Position numbers and translations under genes: made by a program. The notes below the pieces were generated by a model. The model did not search any database, was not told where the DNA came from, and saw nothing but the letters and a program-made list of their open reading frames with translations. From the NCBI GenBank assembly GCA_008632985.1, contig QPGO01000044.1, positions 372,001 through 436,000 on the forward strand: a stretch of 64,000 nt of DNA, read 5' to 3'. The DNA comes from Psammoneis japonica (taxonomy: Eukaryota). Below, piece after piece: positions 48,901-61,312 of this stretch (its first letter is position 1; each line of letters begins with the position of its first letter).

Positions 48901-49630
48901 TTGAATAGAACTCCAAAATGGGAGGAGAGCTGGCTGCAGCAAAAAGTTCACCCCAGCTCACCAGCTTTGTTTTGTCATTAAGGATGTTGATACACTTGCT
49001 TCATTGCTGCTTTGCTTGATACATTGGCTGCTGCACACAAAATGTCAGCTTTACATCAGTTGGACTGTTTTGAGTGGAAGTGTCAGTGCAAGTGTAAATA
49101 AGAGGGAACCACTAGTTAGCTAGGGCCGCGCCACTAGACAGACTCTACTCAAACTATTAGCTAGTCAAAGACAAAGTGTACTGCAAAAGAGCTACAGGGC
49201 AAAGCCATTTTTGCTCGTCTTGTTCGAGAACAAAATATTAGTCTAGAAATTCACGTTATAGCAGTGGTGTTTGTTTTTGTTTTGACACAGTGTTGTGAAT
49301 CAAGTCTAGGTTTCAAAAAAAATCTAATAAAGTGTTCCTTGCTCGTCTGAATAGCCGTCGATCGATTTTCTTGGAGCCGGAGTGTAAGTACAGTACGCAT
49401 ATCCCAAATCGGAAAAAAATGCTCAACATGATGATAATGTCGAATCATCCGAGCCAAGTTGGCAAGGATGTCGGCATGGAAAAGCCCATCCATATTTACA
49501 ACAGACATCAAAATGACAATTCCTGCCCAATTACTAACTGGAAAGACGAGTCGTCTCTTTGTTGGGCATGCAGATTCCAAAACCAACACATTCGCAATGT
49601 CGGGAGTAGGTGATTGCAATGAAAAGTCCA

Positions 49631-50764
49631 TCAGCACGTTTCCTTGTACCACGAGTACCACGAAAAGGATATTCTGGCACTGCCCTCGATATCATCCATA
49701 CCACACGTCTGATACGATAATGCCATTGTCTCATCTTTTTCCACGTCATGTAAATTGGTAGCCGAATTCACGAGGTCTTGGTAAATGACGAGTTCCTTGT
49801 AAATGGCGCAACACAGTGCTTTCGACCCTTGCTTTGAAACGCCACTCGTCACGGCATATTGTTCGCTTCCATGAGTATGAGGCATGGCTTTTTTGTTCTT
49901 CTTAGTTTGGCGACGACGGCGACCAGCACTACTTGTTAATAAATCTCCTCCGCCCAACCAACGGTTGAGTCTCGCCATGTCGTCCAACTGGTGTTCGGTT
50001 CGAATCACCAATACTTCGTCTTTGGGGTGGTTCTTGTTTGCCTCATTCTTTCTGTAAATGGTCTTTTCTGTATAAAAGTTGTAATTGGCATGAAGGTGAG
50101 CCACAACTTTGGGAGAGTAACCGCGCAATACTCTCTTTCCCAGTCTTCGACACGCTGCCGTCGTAACGACCTTGTTGTCGTGGACGCGATACTCATCACT
50201 GCCACCCACCGCCATGGCCAAATCCTCGACAGAAGGAAAACAAAAGTGATAAAAGCCAAAATGGGCTCCACCCTTCTTGATTTGCTGCTCCTTGTAATAT
50301 TGGTTATTGGCATAATGCCCATAATTAAAGGCCGATACGACGCGTGAAATGGGTTCTCGAATCGAAAAGAGAAAACTCGTCCGATGCACGTCATTGGCCA
50401 AGTTGGGTCGTACAACTAAATGATGACATGATTGAATCGACCGCGCAAGGCCACGATTCTTTTCACTCGTGAGAGTGCCGGAACCACATTTCTTCATGTT
50501 GATGTTTAACATTTTTCGAATCGTCATGCCTCCCGCTTTTCCCACGTGAATAAAGGAAATGTTGCGATGGAGATTTGTGTCAAACGCAAGTGGTGGCTCG
50601 GATATATTCGTATGAACGACGGACGCATTATTATTATGGACAAGAAGCGCCGAACGCATTTCTCGTGTCTCAGTGCTGCTGTTACTTGTTTCCGTGAAAT
50701 GAAACAGATAAAGTTGCGAAAATACCAACAACAGAATCATGGGAAATGCAAACGAAAGGTTCAT
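49631..50764 (-). CDS. Golgi-type sulfotransferase-like protein
   Basis: TM anchor MNLSFAFPMILLLVF; FIHVGKAGGMTI and SIREPISRVVSAFNY PAPS-binding-like motifs. Confidence 0.82.
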   Translation of the reverse strand: MNLSFAFPMILLLVFSQLYLFHFTETSNSSTETREMRSALLVHNNNASVVHTNISEPPLAFDTNLHRNISFIHVGKAGGMTIRKMLNINMKKCGSGTLTSEKNRGLARSIQSCHHLVVRPNLANDVHRTSFLFSIREPISRVVSAFNYGHYANNQYYKEQQIKKGGAHFGFYHFCFPSVEDLAMAVGGSDEYRVHDNKVVTTAACRRLGKRVLRGYSPKVVAHLHANYNFYTEKTIYRKNEANKNHPKDEVLVIRTEHQLDDMARLNRWLGGGDLLTSSAGRRRRQTKKNKKAMPHTHGSEQYAVTSGVSKQGSKALCCAIYKELVIYQDLVNSATNLHDVEKDETMALSYQTCGMDDIEGSARISFSWYSWYKETC

Positions 50765-50772
50765 TGTGCTTG

Positions 50773-50796
50773 TCTCTCTCTCTCTCTCTCTCTCTC
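50773..50796. repeat. (CT)n microsatellite immediately upstream of the 50764 start codon
   Basis: tctctctctc run. Confidence 0.9.
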
Positions 50797-51169
50797 TTGG
50801 CTCCACGCGAGCGTTGATTAAAGCTTGCCTCTGTCTTAGTATTTTGCTGTGTCTGCTTTGTAATAAGAGTCGAGAGTACAATAGAGTCAGTCTCCTCCTG
50901 CCAAAAATTTTGTGATGGTTGGAGGGAGTCGCGCATGCGTTGAAAATCACTCGCGATCAACCGTTGATGACGAGCATGACACTGAATGCAAAAAATCAAA
51001 AATCAATCCTATTTTACCGGAAAACGTGTTTTTTCAAAATTTGAATCTTGCAGCCAAATCAATGACACATTATAAAACGATAGTCGCGTCCAACGGATGT
51101 ATATAACCTTCAGATACAGATAGAGCTATTCGTAATAAATGCTTTGACCAATGAATAAAAATCCTGACT

Positions 51170-54100
51170 TCTCCATCCGACATGTGCCATGCGCAACGGA
51201 AATCCCGGCGGAACATTTTTTTGATTTTTTGTCGTTTGTCGTTTGTGACCAGGGCAGCGAGACATAAAACCAATGCGCCATGATTCGTGAAGAACCACGG
51301 GCTGTGACCGCCAGTGGGGGGCCCACCCGAGCTCTGGCAACTTGATTCCATTTGTCTGTTTGGAGCTGCACAAAAATGGCTTGAGTGGGAGGAATTTGAG
51401 CACAACGAGTCAAAAGAGTCCTCATGTCACACAAGCCAAATTCAGCCAACAATGCACTTGCATGCCCTGCTGCCACGCAAATGCTGCAGCTTGGCTGTGC
51501 TCCAAGACACGTTGCTTTGTTGTTGAAAAAGCGGGGAGCTTTTGCAGTGCTGCAAAAATCAGAGCCTCTGAGTGAACCAGTGGCGCACACCTGCAATTTT
51601 GCCACACCTTTTGCATCATGCACCCATTTTGAAGCATGCCCTCGCTTGTCAATTTTCTGCAAAAGAGCTGCTTCTCATGGCTCACAAGCTGGCTCTGGCT
51701 GTGTTTTTGGAGTTTGTTGCAAGTTTGTTGCTGCTCTGCTTTCTGGGTCTTTCTTTTGTTCACATTTTTCAGTGTTGGCAGGTGCGCACCAAGTGCTGCG
51801 CATCTTTTGGAAAATGTGCCCCGGCACAAAAAAGCGGTTTTGTGCGCCATTCTGTGCATTTCCAGGTGTTGCTCCAATGACTTTGACAAATGTGGTGGCA
51901 GGAGTTTGTGAAAAGACATTCCCCCCTGTCTCATGTCTGTGCTTGGCTGCACTCTGCAGACATCAAAGACTGCACACTCTGCAAGCACGCCAAAGATTGC
52001 AGCTGCACAAAAAATGTCAAAAGCTGTCAAATTAAAGTGGCACAATGGTTGCACCCATGAACCAGCTCAAACTGGGCCCAAAAGACATGTGCACATGAGC
52101 TCTGCACTGAGATGTCAAAAAATGAACAAATCTGCAAGTTCTTGCTGCCCTGGAGCTGGTGGGCTTCTTGTCTTGAGAGCCAACACTGACAAAAAAATTT
52201 CCAGAGAAGCAGCAGCAGCTTTTGATGCCTTCAACCTTTTTTCTTCTCTTTTTGCCCACACATGATGTGCCTCTTCTGGTGGTTTCCACACTCCAAAAGT
52301 TTGATCTTGGTTGGTGCTGCTTGAGCTCTCTCTGCACCATCATTTGCTCCAAGTTTCTTGCCATGTGTGCTGAGAAGCAAGTTTTCAACTGAGTTTGCTT
52401 CTTTTTTTTTAAACTTTGGCACACATCATGTCAACTTGCTGCAATCTTGTGGTCCATGCCATGCACATTTTAAAGCCTGTCATTTGACCACCATCTTTTC
52501 TTGTGCAAGTTGCAAATCTGTCAAACTGTGCTCTGGTGAGCTGCCAAGTGAAGCACGGATGATCACCTCAGCAGCACTTTGCATCAAGCACAAGTTGTGC
52601 ACACTCTCCATGCACATGAAGGACAGCAACAAAAGAGGCCTGGATGAGCTGGTCTGTCATTGCCAAGAGCACAGAGAAACAAACATTTTTTTAGATCATC
52701 AGCAAAGTCTTTGCTGCAGCCGCACTTGCGCACATCTCCTTTGTCTGTCAGGTGGTGATGGCTGGGCAATTCCCATGGCAAAGCATGGGAGACAATGACG
52801 GCACTGACTCCAAAAAACAAAAGCACATTTTGTTGGTCTTTTGCACTCCTCTGCTGCGATGGTGTGGGGCTTGATCCCTTGGAGGTGAAAGGCTTGCTCT
52901 TTTGGCATTTGTGGGCTGCAATCTGTTGTGGTCATTGTGGCCATCATGAACAACACATGAAAAGCACCACAGTGAGAGGCCTCAATTGTGTGGTCAAATT
53001 CAGAAATGGTGCAAAAGCCTTCTCTGTGCCAACAATTTTTCTGTTGAACAAATGGCTCAAAGACAGCCAGACGAAGCACTTTTGGACATTTGAGCAAAAA
53101 GAGCCTGTTCCCCAAACTGCTCTCCCCGTCAAAAAATGGAGCATTTCAAAAAATGATGCACAGTTGTGTGAATCACAAATTTGTGCATCTCGTTGCATTT
53201 TCAACCTCATTTCACCCAGAGCTGGGGGGCAAGGGAGATTGCACGCTGAAGTCTGGGAGCAATGCATGGTTGGACAGACCGCCGACAATTGCAGGGATTT
53301 TTGAGTTTGCATCATCTTGTGCAGTCACCACACACCACACACATGCAAAACTCTTGTGAAGTGTTGCACACACTGACACAAAGCCTTGCTCCAACACCTG
53401 CAGTGGTGGAGCAGCCAGCTGGTGGAGTGGAAAGTGTGCTCTTCCATGCTCCCATGGTGTCTCTCCACTGCGCTGTTGTCGTTGTTGATGCTGCGCTGCT
53501 GGTGTGCAACTCAAAATTGAATCAGCAAGTGAGCCACTGTTGGTTTGGTGAGGTTGCTCAGTCACTTGCTCATGCTGGCTTGCACAAGCAATGTCCAGAG
53601 CTCAGCTGCTCTGCACCACTTGTGCGAGTGATTTGCGCGTGGAGTTCAGTGTGGAGGCGACATGTGAGTGCATGCCACAGCTTTGGCAGGGCTGCTCTTT
53701 TTTGACATGATTACATCCAAAGAGTGCCATGGTGCCCTGTGCTTCACCATGTTGTTTTGTCATCAAAAGAACAGATTTCAGACCATTTTTGCCCAGGGAT
53801 TGGCAACCATGACTCAGAACTCCCCAAGATGTCGGCAAGAACCCAAAAGTTTTTCTGTGCAGAAAATGCACCAATGGTGTGATCGTCTTCCACTTGCCAC
53901 ACTCCCAGACTTCAGTGGAATTTTCAGCCCCATGTTTCTGACCAACTTGCCAACAAGAACAACAAGGGCAGTGATCTTGGGCTTTGTGGTGCCTCTTGAC
54001 TGAGTCAAAGTCAGGTGGGGGCTCTTGTGTCACCCCTGACATTGTCTCTCCACTTCTGACTGCAATGCATTGATCTGTCCCAAGTTGTGCATGTCAGGAA

Positions 54101-54410
54101 ACTGCAACAAACAAGCAGGTTTTCTGCATCACTTGTCAAGAAGCAACGCCAGGTTTGCGGATTGAAAAAACCGTTTGCAGCTTGGCAGCCTTGCTGGGGG
54201 GCACCAGCTCCACACACAACAATTGACCAACAAATGCTGCTGAAAAAGAATGCATTTGTTGCCACAGGCATGGGCCTGTGATGGCCATGCCAAGCACCGA
54301 CACCCAGACAATGGGATCAACTCTCTTGCGTGCATGGCTGCTCCCGCGAGACAAGCACTCGCAGAACTTCGGCTCAAATTCCATGGACGGATGGACAGAC
54401 AATTTTGAGC
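51170..54410. other. Hypermutated block 5
   Basis: Same signature; CpG-retaining margins at both ends. Confidence 0.88.
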
Positions 54411-54679
54411 GAGTTATCTATCGTACACAACATGTATCGCGCGCTCGTACGCTGGACAGAAGACCCACACGTTGGATGTTTATTGCGTTCTAAGAACCGG
54501 TTAAAGTTATTAAAATGAATTATTGATCATCAGTGACAACTATGATACTACATTCCATTCAACGGTCACAATTTGGAGAAGAAATCAAGTTGAAAGTGTG
54601 AAACAAAATGAAGGAAGTGCACAAATAAGAAGCTTTTAGAGCTTGTTTAGAGGGCCTAAAACGCATTTCACTCAACGCA

Positions 54680-56746
54680 ATGGGAAAGCCAGCTAGCAAG
54701 CGCATTAGGCTGCATGCTATCTGGGCCTTATCTTTGCTTTGCCTAACATATTTCCCTTTGACAATTCTTCTCCACATCCGAACAACCCGACGCGTGAAAG
54801 CTCAACGAAAAAACGAGGAAAACTTCCCTGCGTTGAGAAAGGAAGGGGAACATCGAAAAGTAGGTTTTGCCTCTAAACTGAAATTCATTCATGTGATCTC
54901 GCCCTTTAAGGTCGACAATTGCGAGAAACCGTTTTGTCCGTTCGATCAAGATCAGAGCGTTGCGATTGCTAGCATGCTGAGAGCCCGGAAGAATTCGGAG
55001 CACGCCTCAGTGCTTTTTGCAGCAGCATCATTCTCTGACTCTTTGGATGCTATCCCTTCAGATTTCATTTTGCTTGACACGCTCAATAGATCAACTGCAT
55101 CGGAGTACCCGGACTTCGCACTCAAAAAGAAGCTTCCATTCGTCGCGGATATTTTTCGCAGTCTCCAAACAAGCGACGCTTCAATTTATGAGTGTGACTA
55201 TATCGTTTACACCAACTCTGACATTATCGTGCGCGATGACTTTTATGATTTGATTGCAAATGTCATTAAGCGCCAGAGACTAGACTCTTTTTCGATTAAT
55301 AGGCAAACAATTCCTAAGAAGTCAAACAGCGGGCGCCTCTTCGACAGCTCTGATCTGAAGGAAATATATACGTTGGAAGGATCCAAACATCCTGGCCATG
55401 ACTGCTTTATCATCAAGAAAAGCATCTTCTCAAAGATGGTGTTTGGAAACGTCTTTTTGGGATTCCCCGCTGTTGGGAGGTTGCTTCTTATCCAATCGAA
55501 GATTCTTTCGAACCGTTTCACAGCATTTGGCTCGCATGCGCTAAATGCCACGTACCATCTTGGTAACGACATGAATTGGAGCAGTAAGTCAGAAGAAGCT
55601 AGGCAATACCACAAACGGAACGTTGAAAACCTATACGACGCGCTACTTCAGCTATGGCAACATAGATCTGATCCCGTGTTCAGCAATGTTACAGAGTGGA
55701 AACGTGTGGAGGGTGCATTGAACGAGTTTAATCCGGCGAGCGAGAAACGACATAAAACCAGATCCCAGTACTCCTCACGAATAAAAGCTACCAAAAGGAA
55801 ACGGGCATTCAACGAAACACTGAACTCAAGAATCGCCTTGCGTGGAAATGCAACTCATAAGGCCTGGAACACGCGTGATCATGTACGGAATCGCGACAAA
55901 ACCCGCTTAGTACACGCCACACATCGTGTTTCGCATAACCGCGGCAACGTCAGGAAACGAAGAGGAGTTGGCGATACTGTTCTTGAATATGGCGATGATG
56001 AGGACACAGTTAGAAGGAACATGTTGACACCGCCCTTTCGGATCATCCAGATTGGAAAGCCGCGGACAGGAAGTACATTTCAGTTCGTACTTCTTCAAGC
56101 ACTGGTACATTTAAAGAGTCCTGCTGACACTGACATTCATGTATCACAGATAAAGCCTTCGGATTGGAATGACAAGCGTCTATTGGACGCCATTGCCGCG
56201 AATAGTTCGTTCGTCATGAAGCTGCATTTTGGTCGTCGTGCTATGTTCCAGTTACAGAAAAAGGGAGAAATTGCCATCTTTTCATCCGGGTTTGAAGCTT
56301 TGAATTCCTATTACAATCAGGATCGTGACCGACTGGTGAAATGCAGCAGTTGCGAAATTGACAATTATCGTGCATTATTTGGGTTGACGGAAGAGGACCT
56401 GAAGCTGTTGAAGGAACACATGCGTCTTTATGAAAAGGTTCGAAAATGTTGCGGTTTGCAAATGTCGAAGTATCAGATGCTTCGACTTCACGGGTGCAAT
56501 GTCAGCAAGTTCACACATGAACCTGACTATCCCAACTGCGAACTGGAGAATATGACAGATGTTGAGCTTCGATTCCAAAACAGTCCTATTCCTTATCACG
56601 TCACTAACCCGGAGTATAATTGGGCAAAGCCTGGTGACTGCGCTCGATTTGACTCGGAGATAATGAATGGAAAAGAATTCAACGGGAGGGCATTTACAGG
56701 ATGTAGCACGGGAAGGTACAAGCGTTCACGTAATCGGATTGTCTAA
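54680..56746 (+). CDS. Two-domain type II membrane protein: GT-A-like domain + sulfotransferase-like P-loop domain
   Basis: Intact 688-aa ORF; TM anchor; DYIVYTNSDIIV and HPGHDCF in domain 1; IIQIGKPRTGSTFQF in domain 2. Confidence 0.7.
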   Translation: MGKPASKRIRLHAIWALSLLCLTYFPLTILLHIRTTRRVKAQRKNEENFPALRKEGEHRKVGFASKLKFIHVISPFKVDNCEKPFCPFDQDQSVAIASMLRARKNSEHASVLFAAASFSDSLDAIPSDFILLDTLNRSTASEYPDFALKKKLPFVADIFRSLQTSDASIYECDYIVYTNSDIIVRDDFYDLIANVIKRQRLDSFSINRQTIPKKSNSGRLFDSSDLKEIYTLEGSKHPGHDCFIIKKSIFSKMVFGNVFLGFPAVGRLLLIQSKILSNRFTAFGSHALNATYHLGNDMNWSSKSEEARQYHKRNVENLYDALLQLWQHRSDPVFSNVTEWKRVEGALNEFNPASEKRHKTRSQYSSRIKATKRKRAFNETLNSRIALRGNATHKAWNTRDHVRNRDKTRLVHATHRVSHNRGNVRKRRGVGDTVLEYGDDEDTVRRNMLTPPFRIIQIGKPRTGSTFQFVLLQALVHLKSPADTDIHVSQIKPSDWNDKRLLDAIAANSSFVMKLHFGRRAMFQLQKKGEIAIFSSGFEALNSYYNQDRDRLVKCSSCEIDNYRALFGLTEEDLKLLKEHMRLYEKVRKCCGLQMSKYQMLRLHGCNVSKFTHEPDYPNCELENMTDVELRFQNSPIPYHVTNPEYNWAKPGDCARFDSEIMNGKEFNGRAFTGCSTGRYKRSRNRIV

Positions 56747-56859
56747 GGGTGCGTTTTTCAGCTTGTAGGCGTGCAGCGTGTGACTCTCCATTAGCTCTAG
56801 ATGTTGTCAAGTGAGGCGATGATGATCTTGCCTTTGACCAAGTTCTCGAATCCAAATTC

Positions 56860-58180
56860 ACAAAGAGGAGTGTCAATGACTTTAATGTCACACTTCTTGT
56901 CTGGCCAGTTTTCCATTGGAGGTCTCAATGGCATTGTTGAGCCGGACATCTGATGTTGTCTAGATTTTCACTGCCCATGCAAAGCTGTCACTGAACTGCA
57001 TTTGTTGGGTTTGCAGTCATCACCAACAAGCGTCAACCTGTGACCAGCCTCCGAAATCCTTTAAAAACCAGATTGCCATGGTGAAATGACCCTGGCAGCT
57101 GTGTGTCCTTGCACTTTTTTCTTTTGCTCACTTGGGCAGCAATGATGGCATTCCCATCATGGTCACAGGTGTGCAGACAACTGCAGCTGGACAAGTGCTA
57201 AAACCAAGAAAAACAAGCAATGGCAACTTTGTGGGGTCAGGTGAGGAAAGAGCTGGGCGGCACTCAAGAGAGACATTTCCGTTGGCAATTTTACATTTTT
57301 TCATTGTGCACCCCCCCCCCCCCCCCAGGCATGCAGCAATTTCATCTGAAGCTCTCCAGCATGAATGTTTGCTCAAGAAGGTGGAGCACCAAACTCTGCC
57401 ATCCAAGTCAGAAAGCTCTGGTGTGGCCCATGTGCTGCACAAAACAAAGGCTGTTTTTGTCAGCCAGATGGATGCATGTGACACGCAAGTTGCAGAAGAG
57501 CAATGAAGGCAGCTGCATGACACACATGACAGTGGCAAAAACAGCTGTCAAACAAAAGCTTTTGCGCACCTTTGCCAGTTGACAAAGGGAAGCAGAGGAT
57601 GCCAAGAAACGCCATGAAACAGCAGATGAAGATGCAGCAATGGCAAGTGCCTCACAATGCAACAGCAGCAATCACAAAAACACAGCACATCTTCCCTTCT
57701 TGAGCATTTCACAAAAGAGCTGTGTGGAGCAAAGTCAGAGAGAGCAGCTTTGCCGATGCCAAGAGGTTCTCTGGCTCACTCAAGCTTGTCATTCAGGGTG
57801 CTGCTTTGCTCTTCTTTTGATGCAACCAGCACCAACAGCAGAGGCAGCTCACATCATCTTGCCATGCGCTGCTCGCTCCAATGGCAAGCTGAGGCTTTTG
57901 CCTTGTTTGTGTGTGCCAACATCAAATTCGAGGCATGCTCTTGTTGTTTTGGCTCTTGCTGACATCACAAAGCCCTCATTTCTGACAAAATTGGTCCAAA
58001 AAGTTGGTCACAAAGGAACACACAAGACTCTGCAAAGAGACCTCTTTGCCTTTTCAGTGGGGCTCAGTGCCATGCATGTTGTGGGTGCCGTTTCTTCCTT
58101 TCTGACACTCGACACAAAGACGCTTTTGGAGCATCCTCATCACGGTCTCCGGGTCATTTGTGGGCATTGTTCAATGACCA
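56860..58180. other. Hypermutated block 6
   Basis: Same signature between two intact genes. Confidence 0.85.
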
Positions 58181-58324
58181 TTCGGACTGGCATTATGACC
58201 GAAGAAAGTGGCGTTTCCGTCCGCAAAAACTCTGGCATACCATCATGTGGACTAACTTCGGTTGCCATGATGTGATTTGCGGAGCGTCGAAAGCGACATC
58301 GTTTCTTTATCGACAGAACAAACT

Positions 58325-59239
58325 ATGGGTCGTTCGAAATTCTCCTTCTCACATGTCTCGATCACCATTATCCTAGGATCACTAGTTCTATTCTTCCAGC
58401 GAGTTCCTGTCGTCACTTTCACAAATCATAGTGGGATTGTTGATGAGAAAGCACCAGGTTTTGCTTATCCTCCAGTCCTATATGCGCATATCCACATGGC
58501 CAAGACGGCAGGTACCAACATCGTTGGCGAGCTTTCGTTGCATTACGAACGAATCTGCGGCAACAAGGGATATTCCTACGATGCATACCAAACGAACGAA
58601 AGAATGAAGGAGCATCAATCGAAAACAAACAAAACTACTCTTGTGTATCAAGCAAATGACATAGTTCACAAACTTTCTAACAGATACAACAGAGGAAAGC
58701 TTCCACACGATGTCATGACGGAAATCGGCTTTGAGGATTGTGACTATGTCAGCATGGAGAACCGCTGGTCTGTTTGGCCTAAGTACTTTTCTGACTGGCC
58801 CATCCCTGTGGAGCTGCACGTTAGTTGTCGTGACCCCCTAGAACACTTCTTGTCTCTGTTGAATCATAGAGGCCGCCAATTTCATTGCGAGGCAGGTGCT
58901 GACGGGATACTGCGCCAAATAAGGGGTCACAATCCGTACGCCAGCAGATTCTCCACGAAATTGCTCGAGTACGAGAATTTCAGCGTCAAATGCTTTGACT
59001 TTCGAAAAACTTCAAACTATGTGACTTATATGGGAGAACGACTACAGCGCAAGCGATTCAATGCGGACTATGTTCTTCGCGATTCGAACAAATCCCGAAA
59101 CAAATCTGAAGAATGCTTGTGGGACTATCCCGACTTGCAAGACAGGGTTGTTGATTACCTCCTCGAACGCTATGCCTACTACAGGTTTTGCAGCGAATGC
59201 CTTGGTTCAAAAGATGACTTGTTCTTTCACGATAGGTGA
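58325..59239 (+). CDS. Golgi-type sulfotransferase-like protein
   Basis: TM anchor; YAHIHMAKTAGT and SCRDPLEHFLS motifs. Confidence 0.8.
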   Translation: MGRSKFSFSHVSITIILGSLVLFFQRVPVVTFTNHSGIVDEKAPGFAYPPVLYAHIHMAKTAGTNIVGELSLHYERICGNKGYSYDAYQTNERMKEHQSKTNKTTLVYQANDIVHKLSNRYNRGKLPHDVMTEIGFEDCDYVSMENRWSVWPKYFSDWPIPVELHVSCRDPLEHFLSLLNHRGRQFHCEAGADGILRQIRGHNPYASRFSTKLLEYENFSVKCFDFRKTSNYVTYMGERLQRKRFNADYVLRDSNKSRNKSEECLWDYPDLQDRVVDYLLERYAYYRFCSECLGSKDDLFFHDR

Positions 59240-59547
59240 ATTACATAAAGTACATTCGGTTGCTTCCGGTTTCCGCAAAGATCAAAATGTGTCTTCCTTC
59301 CTCCTTCTACCACTAAATAAACACGACTGCATTGATTCGTGAATCGAGAACTATCCGCCAACACGACTGGCCTTAAGTTTCTAATAGAAGTACAAACATA
59401 CCGCGGCACTACACTTGGCATGCGTTGAGATACACGTGCGCGGTGCGTTGAGGTTTGGACTCATTCATGGGATCGTCGCTCACATTTCCCGTTTTTTTCA
59501 GTCAGTATGAAGTGGCAGCGAGACTCGGACACCCAATAGACAGCACC

Positions 59548-61059
59548 ATGAAAGGAAGCACCATGAAAGGAAGTCCCATAAATTCGCGATTATTTCAACT
59601 GTTTCTATTTCTCTTCATCGTTTGGGCCACGCGTGTGAATGTCTTAGAGCAACAACTCAGAACAGGGAACACCGCTAGTACGCGGCAACTTGCGCTTGAA
59701 AGTGATGCAAAATATTTTCGCGATTTCTCAAAGAGAGGTAGCTCAACCTTTTCTAACTCGCCCACCATTGCACAACTTTCGAGAATGGATTTGGATTCAC
59801 TTTCCACCGAGCCATGGTTGCGAGACTACATTGAGTTCCACAACGCAGCAATCGTGAATGGCGAGCTTAAGCCAAACGTGAGATACATGGTCTACGAGTG
59901 TTCGGAGAAAAGTGTATGCGGCGGCATTGGTGATCGCGCTCTCGCACTCGTCAAGGCATTTTTTCTTGCCTTGTGTACAGATCGAGTGCTTTTGATCGAC
60001 TCCTCTTTTCCTGTGCCGTTGGAGCACATTTTGAATCCCCATTTTATTCAATGGAATGCATCATTCCCCATGACAACAAGGTATTACGACGACATGAGCA
60101 ACGAGACACAAGCTATTCAACGGCGTGATGATACGACGGGATACAGACTGGGAAAATGCAATGGACACAAAAGGCTGTCGCTTCAACAAATTTTGCAAAG
60201 CAAAGAAATGCAACAGTACTTCGAAAGAAAGGGCTTTGATTTAGGTCCTGCTGTACCTTTTGCTGGGATGTTTCGATTGGCTTATTGGACAATGTTTAAG
60301 TATGACGCGCGAGTCTTGTCAATAGCTGAGAGGATCAAAGAAAATGTTGGCATACAACGCGTTTCCTATGTAGGGCTGCACTACAGGTCGAGCGATGCGG
60401 AAATGGTAGATTGGGAAAAAGATCGGAAAGTTGGAGATCGAGGGACAAATATTGAGACGCTCCATCAATGCTTTCGACGTTTTCAAAAGGCTTTGAATAA
60501 GAATACGTTGGGCTACCTTGCCGCCGATGACATGAATGAAAGACTAAAGTTTCTCCAAAAAGAGCAAGATGTACGTGCCGCAGTTGATCTCAAACCGTTT
60601 CACGTGGATAAGAATACACGAGCAGGAATGTTTGGTTCAAGGAAAAGCAATTATCGATATACAGAGAGGAACGAAGTCTTGGAATCGACGGCGGAGGCTT
60701 ACGCAGAGAACGTGGTCCTTATGGATTCGTCGTGCCTTGTGTTCAGCTACAGCATGTTCAGCACTGTCGCCTACTGTGAGTGACATACGTCGCAGTTGCG
60801 GGTCGTACAGGTCAGGGACAATTCTTTTTCTAATTGCTGTTTTCTTTCTCTTTTAGACATTCGTGGTGGAGATCAGCGATGCGCTATCTATCTTGGTGAT
60901 TGTTTAGACGAACGTGTGTATTTGAATGGGAGTAACTACTACACTTATGAACCCGCTTTTTCACAGCCCCCACACCTGGAAAAAAGCAAACCATTCCACT
61001 CAAACTTGGCTGCCGAACACCAGTCGAGAGATGACGTAAGTCTTGATCACCTTGTTTGA
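59548..61059 (+). CDS. Fucosyltransferase-like (GT23/NodZ-like) type II membrane protein; intron 60776-60856
   Basis: TM anchor; CGGIGDR, YVGLHYRSSD, YLAADD, SMFSTVA motifs; a gtgagt...ttag intron restores the frame into ORF 60796-61059. Confidence 0.7.
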
Positions 61060-61312
61060 TATCATGTAGAGAGGCCTTTTATGTACGAGTCATCAAGAAA
61101 GCTTGTAGTATAGTAGCCGGTGCTATTGGGAAATTCCTTCATCATTCGAGGATACCATATTCGATGTAGGAGAAAACAGAAGCCAAATGGAACGACAGTA
61201 CACTGCAATGAAGATAGATTCAAGATCCTTTATAAATTATCAGGATATTTCGTCTCTTTCCTTCAAGACGCTGTCTTTGGAATGATGTATCCTTCTCTAG
61301 CTATAATTCGAA

